Shown: positions 62,201 through 64,000 of the stretch, one piece after another | How the letters are laid out: each line of letters starts with the position of its first letter | Position numbering within the stretch: the first letter of the stretch is position 1 | Assembly: GCA_001643675.2 (NCBI GenBank) | Contig: LSRY02000008.1 | Coordinates: 1,798,001 to 1,862,000 of the forward strand | DNA: 64,000 nucleotides | Reading direction: 5' to 3' | Source of the DNA: Monocercomonoides exilis PA203 | Lineage: Eukaryota; Protista; Preaxostyla | Notes under the pieces: generated by a model | Databases searched by the model: none | Told to the model about the DNA's origin: nothing | What the model saw: the letters and a program-made list of their open reading frames with translations, nothing else | Translations under genes and position numbers: made by a program

Positions 62201-64000
62201 CACTTCTATCTGAAACTGTGCATCCATTCATCTTGTTTTCATCAAACAACAGTTTTCCTCCATCTCCCACAATCATAACAACCCCTCCCCCAATTGCGCT
62301 CACTGAATTGCATTTGCATTCCTCAAACACGCATTTGTTAATATCCACACACTTCCCATTCCCCGCTCTCCCATTCAACACCCCTCCATTCCCACTGCCT
62401 CTCTGAATTGATTTGAATGTGCAGTTCCAGATTTTTGCATTAATCCCTTCTCCAATCTCAATCTCATTTCCATCATCAAAACGAGATTCATTCATCGTTG
62501 TGTTCTTAATCTCAACATCTCCTCCATTTCTCAGCTCAAATAAGCTTCTTCCCTCATTTTCTCTTGTCACATTCCTCACAATCACCTCATCAATCAATCC
62601 TCCAACCCCTGCTCCATCAAAAGTCACCATCCCTAATTTGGTCATTCGGATATTTTCAAATTCACAATTTGTCAACTCCACTTTCCCTCCTTTCCCGCAA
62701 ATCAATCCCACACCAATACTTTCTGATTCTGCTCCAAATGAACATCCTTCAAATCTCAATGTGCTTGAACTGCACAAAAATACACACTCCTTTCTTGATT
62801 CGGCAAATGTTGATATCGAAAATGACAATGATGAAAACGATATTGCTCGTTCGCTCTTTATCAAAAATTCATTTTCTCCTCCTTCGACAATTCCAATCTT
62901 TGCCTTTGAAATATCTCCATCAATGTTCATTTCTTGAGTGTTGAGTGTCATTTCATCGAAAATAGAACTTCCATCGACAAGTTTCAGTGCTGCTGGCGAT
63001 GTACCAAAAACACTTGTTCCCGCATATGTCAATGTGGAGCATGGAAAGTCAGCATATCCGCACTTATGATAGTCCATCCCTCCATTCCCCCCATTCACAT
63101 ACCCAACACTCGGCTTCTCTCGAAAGAACACCACAACTGGAATCAATTTCAACTCATTCCCATCTTCTGCTCCCATAAGATCTTTTATGTTGAATCCTTC
63201 GCCTTCAATCTCAAATGAGAAGTCAAATGAAACATTATTCACCAACTGTGGCAAATCTGCTCCTTCAACAAACACATTGTTTCCTCCATGTGCCGCAGTG
63301 TTTGCTCTGTCTCCTTCTAAAAATGTCAATCCACTCATCACAAAGTCCCTTCCTCCTTCCTCGCATCTCAACAACACTCCTCCTCCATATCCCCCAACTG
63401 ATCCCTCACCACCAGCTGAACATTTCTCAAACGATGTAACCACTCCACTCTTCCCCAAACGCATTTCTCCTGTTCCCTTCAATATCACACTCATCCCTCC
63501 TCCACATCCCTTCAATGTTCCACATCCTTCAATCACAACATCATTCACCTCAACAGAACATCCATTTCCAACTTCTCCACTCACAACACTCCCATTTCCC
63601 TCCAAACTGCTCATCTTCATAATCGTGCAATTCCTCATCCCCAGCTTCTTTCCATTTTCATCCCATATCAGTCCTTTCCCTCCCATCACACATTCTTGTG
63701 CTGTCACATTCACAATCGTCAATGAACTCGATGATGATGAATAATCAATCAATCCCTTCATATTTGTTGTTTCCACATTCTCAAGCAAGGAATCCCCAAT
63801 CGAAGCCTCTCCGCTCCCTTCAGCAACAATGAATGCCTTCAATCCAAATTTCACATGAGTCATACTAAAACCTGAAATGGATAATGTCCCTCCACTTGCA
63901 CTCACAAACTTATAATTCGCAGAATCCACTCCGTTCCCCATCTTCATCCCACAATCAGCAAATCTCAATGTGCCTCCTGAAGAATGAACAAATGATGATC
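56208..64000 (-). CDS. Giant multi-module beta-helix type-I membrane (surface) protein, 5' end beyond the window
   Basis: >2590 aa uninterrupted frame, open to the window edge; five CGxxxxPC-capped modules with GGG/GGA motifs; TM helix WSLIAFIGCIVIIVILLFVIVVVVV (~57128-57203) followed by RKKQ and a ~300 aa charged tail. Confidence 0.92.
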   Translation of the reverse strand, partial: SSFVHSSGGTLRFADCGMKMGNGVDSANYKFVSASGGTLSISGFSMTHVKFGLKAFIVAEGSGEASIGDSLLENVETTNMKGLIDYSSSSSSLTIVNVTAQECVMGGKGLIWDENGKKLGMRNCTIMKMSSLEGNGSVVSGEVGNGCSVEVNDVVIEGCGTLKGCGGGMSVILKGTGEMRLGKSGVVTSFEKCSAGGEGSVGGYGGGVLLRCEEGGRDFVMSGLTFLEGDRANTAAHGGNNVFVEGADLPQLVNNVSFDFSFEIEGEGFNIKDLMGAEDGNELKLIPVVVFFREKPSVGYVNGGNGGMDYHKCGYADFPCSTLTYAGTSVFGTSPAALKLVDGSSIFDEMTLNTQEMNIDGDISKAKIGIVEGGENEFLIKSERAISFSSLSFSISTFAESRKECVFLCSSSTLRFEGCSFGAESESIGVGLICGKGGKVELTNCEFENIRMTKLGMVTFDGAGVGGLIDEVIVRNVTRENEGRSLFELRNGGDVEIKNTTMNESRFDDGNEIEIGEGINAKIWNCTFKSIQRGSGNGGVLNGRAGNGKCVDINKCVFEECKCNSVSAIGGGVVMIVGDGGKLLFDENKMNGCTVSDRSGKGGGLHLTFETTNIEYSMKNDDFANNVAEKGEDVYLVCGSPWTMLLPALWEGTATRVTAENKMWVLESSEPRKEDSLINYLFPRLGTDLFVSNSGNELSSCGAKVKPCFSVDIGFDRLNDEIERIMLVGAASVSKTINRGGKGLTIEGNKEKKQLVVEEGGKFELTEGDGQTHLTLSLLQILLPCSSSASASGDESIVEARIGECFILDCLFSGGEGNSNVNECGKWIVIGNGGVIRIERTEMNGIRFEECGIARFGGGNVIFENCSLSGIETSGGGMVVGNGGSEVTLRNMTALGCVVGAGSLITSNGGSSLMVDGESRFENIETESVSGGCVKSEMDLNDLLEMGSSSILRCSANGNGGRGGGIYLDLSDNCVNNFALTTLTFEGNVAAEGRDLFISCKKLNETVTKERFGFEYKYENGEGEGEGQAVDMKGIDREHFAESVDLGLFLVEMKGMEVCVSKEGYDTLGCGSDGYPCESMWSGISHIDRSGAEGERKVKVRDEGTIEDIYSFTDALAIDGCVNEGDEVQHKPVHFEGTIKGNSASSSSSVITSTASLSLLSLKLQIPSQFEPNMNSLISSSGVLQLENCLFDIQSSTTIPYSLITTTTGSCTLKGCSLTDCSFSKSPLVMASSVLFENSSLSNIRNTGSGEEGGVAKVTLKNEEELVMKSTNASSCSLSSGNGKGGFLYLDCQNCLNEKPFVFDADVTFKNNNAAIGKNAFIFASDLNKTVTNETFAFDYSSMTNDGNLFVGSDNFHSNKDLFVFLIPYSSFEIFISSEGFDVARCGSEEEPCFTMWKGMENMKKESGMKTIQIKGSTIIRDSFNVSNYQIKKGVKMGEEDTKAILNFEKAIGSQLEYIMENDEHFELINIQLQLTSGFENSAKTIISNKNGELVISESSFHSEAGANNGFDCVFVDVIAGSVEVNDLSMESCYIGNSIFVIHDVGISCQLKNVRVESLNESRGCILSIKKSEQGLRINGEIKEGANIKIEKSSFSGVKRTDNGASILESKSEKKICLVVNESNITEDKAESSEKGGAIFFTLGASGSMKMVDSTISRCSCTNGKGGGVYLATKERGELNFTFVGMKFSSNTAKVGNDIYIECFNITSQINESQFQFDLRENHYSRINAIYGIDSCEHKDDTNLIGFITIHQSDTIVVSSVDGSNGRQCGTNTLPCDSIDHGLVHMTSDFISQMFVAKESVIEGELDLKEMSLSSKSREMCKVEVKSGIEKTRETLITTTGEVSLLKVNFVFDSNFISSHESLISPEGGILEVMDCSFTSKQLKEGVNADFANIPFHIIQMTKGELQLDGCTISYLILQKSALYLSSSLPSVIDSLTIFNSTVSHSLVEINECEQLKMEKFHSENITVEGNEESLISCLSIKKTMQLANCTMGGVSSKTTKGKLMKMENCTDVKMDSCIFDGSSKERNEKNSNTEEEMCRWDGSLVDVVKSSVVMKVSTISNTPKGGITMSGGNVIIEKGEFLNNNPSIEGYPSLRRNIVCSNSGTLNVMSLKGGDGVLPNSSLWMLNEGCNFEGIASERDSSFFIPVLESVEAKESTDRMKLTFKGMLLIPCNLSFSVVKSLGEEKEIEKHDFDSNGFLSEREVEGRVAKDIIISYEDETEVSVHILFGNAESPSSTDSFILKNKSETEPKGDEIISKGEEQIEWSLIAFIGCIVIIVILLFVIVVVVVQLRKKQNGGGRRVEDGDIEESKNIGRGEWRKEDVAERVEEEEREMQTLLARETGNVMGVPTEKGEELKVCENKEMVESGFDCKGVIEVVPLNYVEIQTVASLLGGGGEEGTETDARRKEDENVRKRDRKAKRGKRRKGKKWKKVEEVDEIGDERGGPEIGLEELGGVAAADDGRNGKPTEYYIGICSAPNSHFSMVGEDSEEQGMKRMMEEEREKEENAIKDIGRAPEKRRRVTKETEGEEMMKEGKGFEEEGKLTDVGKYTNGEESSKGEEKQKRRKKKKKRNQKRKDKSEIVWDIVEMGLLDAG

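Noticed and set aside
56513-63744. Numerous plus-strand and alternate-frame ORFs overlapping the giant gene (likewise those overlapping cassettes)
   Set aside because: Shadow ORFs caused by codon bias; no independent motifs.
56208-64000. Bacterial (Chlamydia Pmp-like) autotransporter or bacterial origin of the window
   Set aside because: GGA(I)-like motifs are similar, but the protein has a single TM helix and a charged tail rather than a beta-barrel; the context has introns, microsatellites and low gene density.

Overview
Eukaryotic, AT-rich genomic DNA with spliceosomal-type introns and the standard genetic code. The expanded protein families resemble those I recall from the oxymonad Monocercomonoides (recognition, not verified). 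The window holds an array of 11 in-window copies, plus a 12th running off the left edge, of a ~1.2-1.7 kb cassette encoding a Cys/Gly-rich parallel beta-helix domain. Each has a conserved framework and short hypervariable Tyr/Trp/His/Asn/Ser-rich loops before each GGG/GGA motif. The cassettes are 5'- and 3'-truncated, mostly keep an open frame over the variable domain, and are patchworks of identical DNA tracts shared with different neighbours. They sit in a 2.43 kb tandem duplication that created a chimeric cassette, a 19.7 kb palindrome (22417-42147; ~9.8 kb arms, 147 bp spacer) and an older inverted duplication. A giant (>2590 aa) type-I membrane protein gene of the same family lies at the right end, with its N-terminus outside the window. 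This suggests a gene-conversion-driven variable surface protein/receptor repertoire (silent cassettes plus a full-length gene). Also present: a decayed Merlin/ISXO2-like transposase, a family of ~260 bp TIR MITEs, minisatellites and decayed gene relics. No rRNA, tRNA or CRISPR seen.
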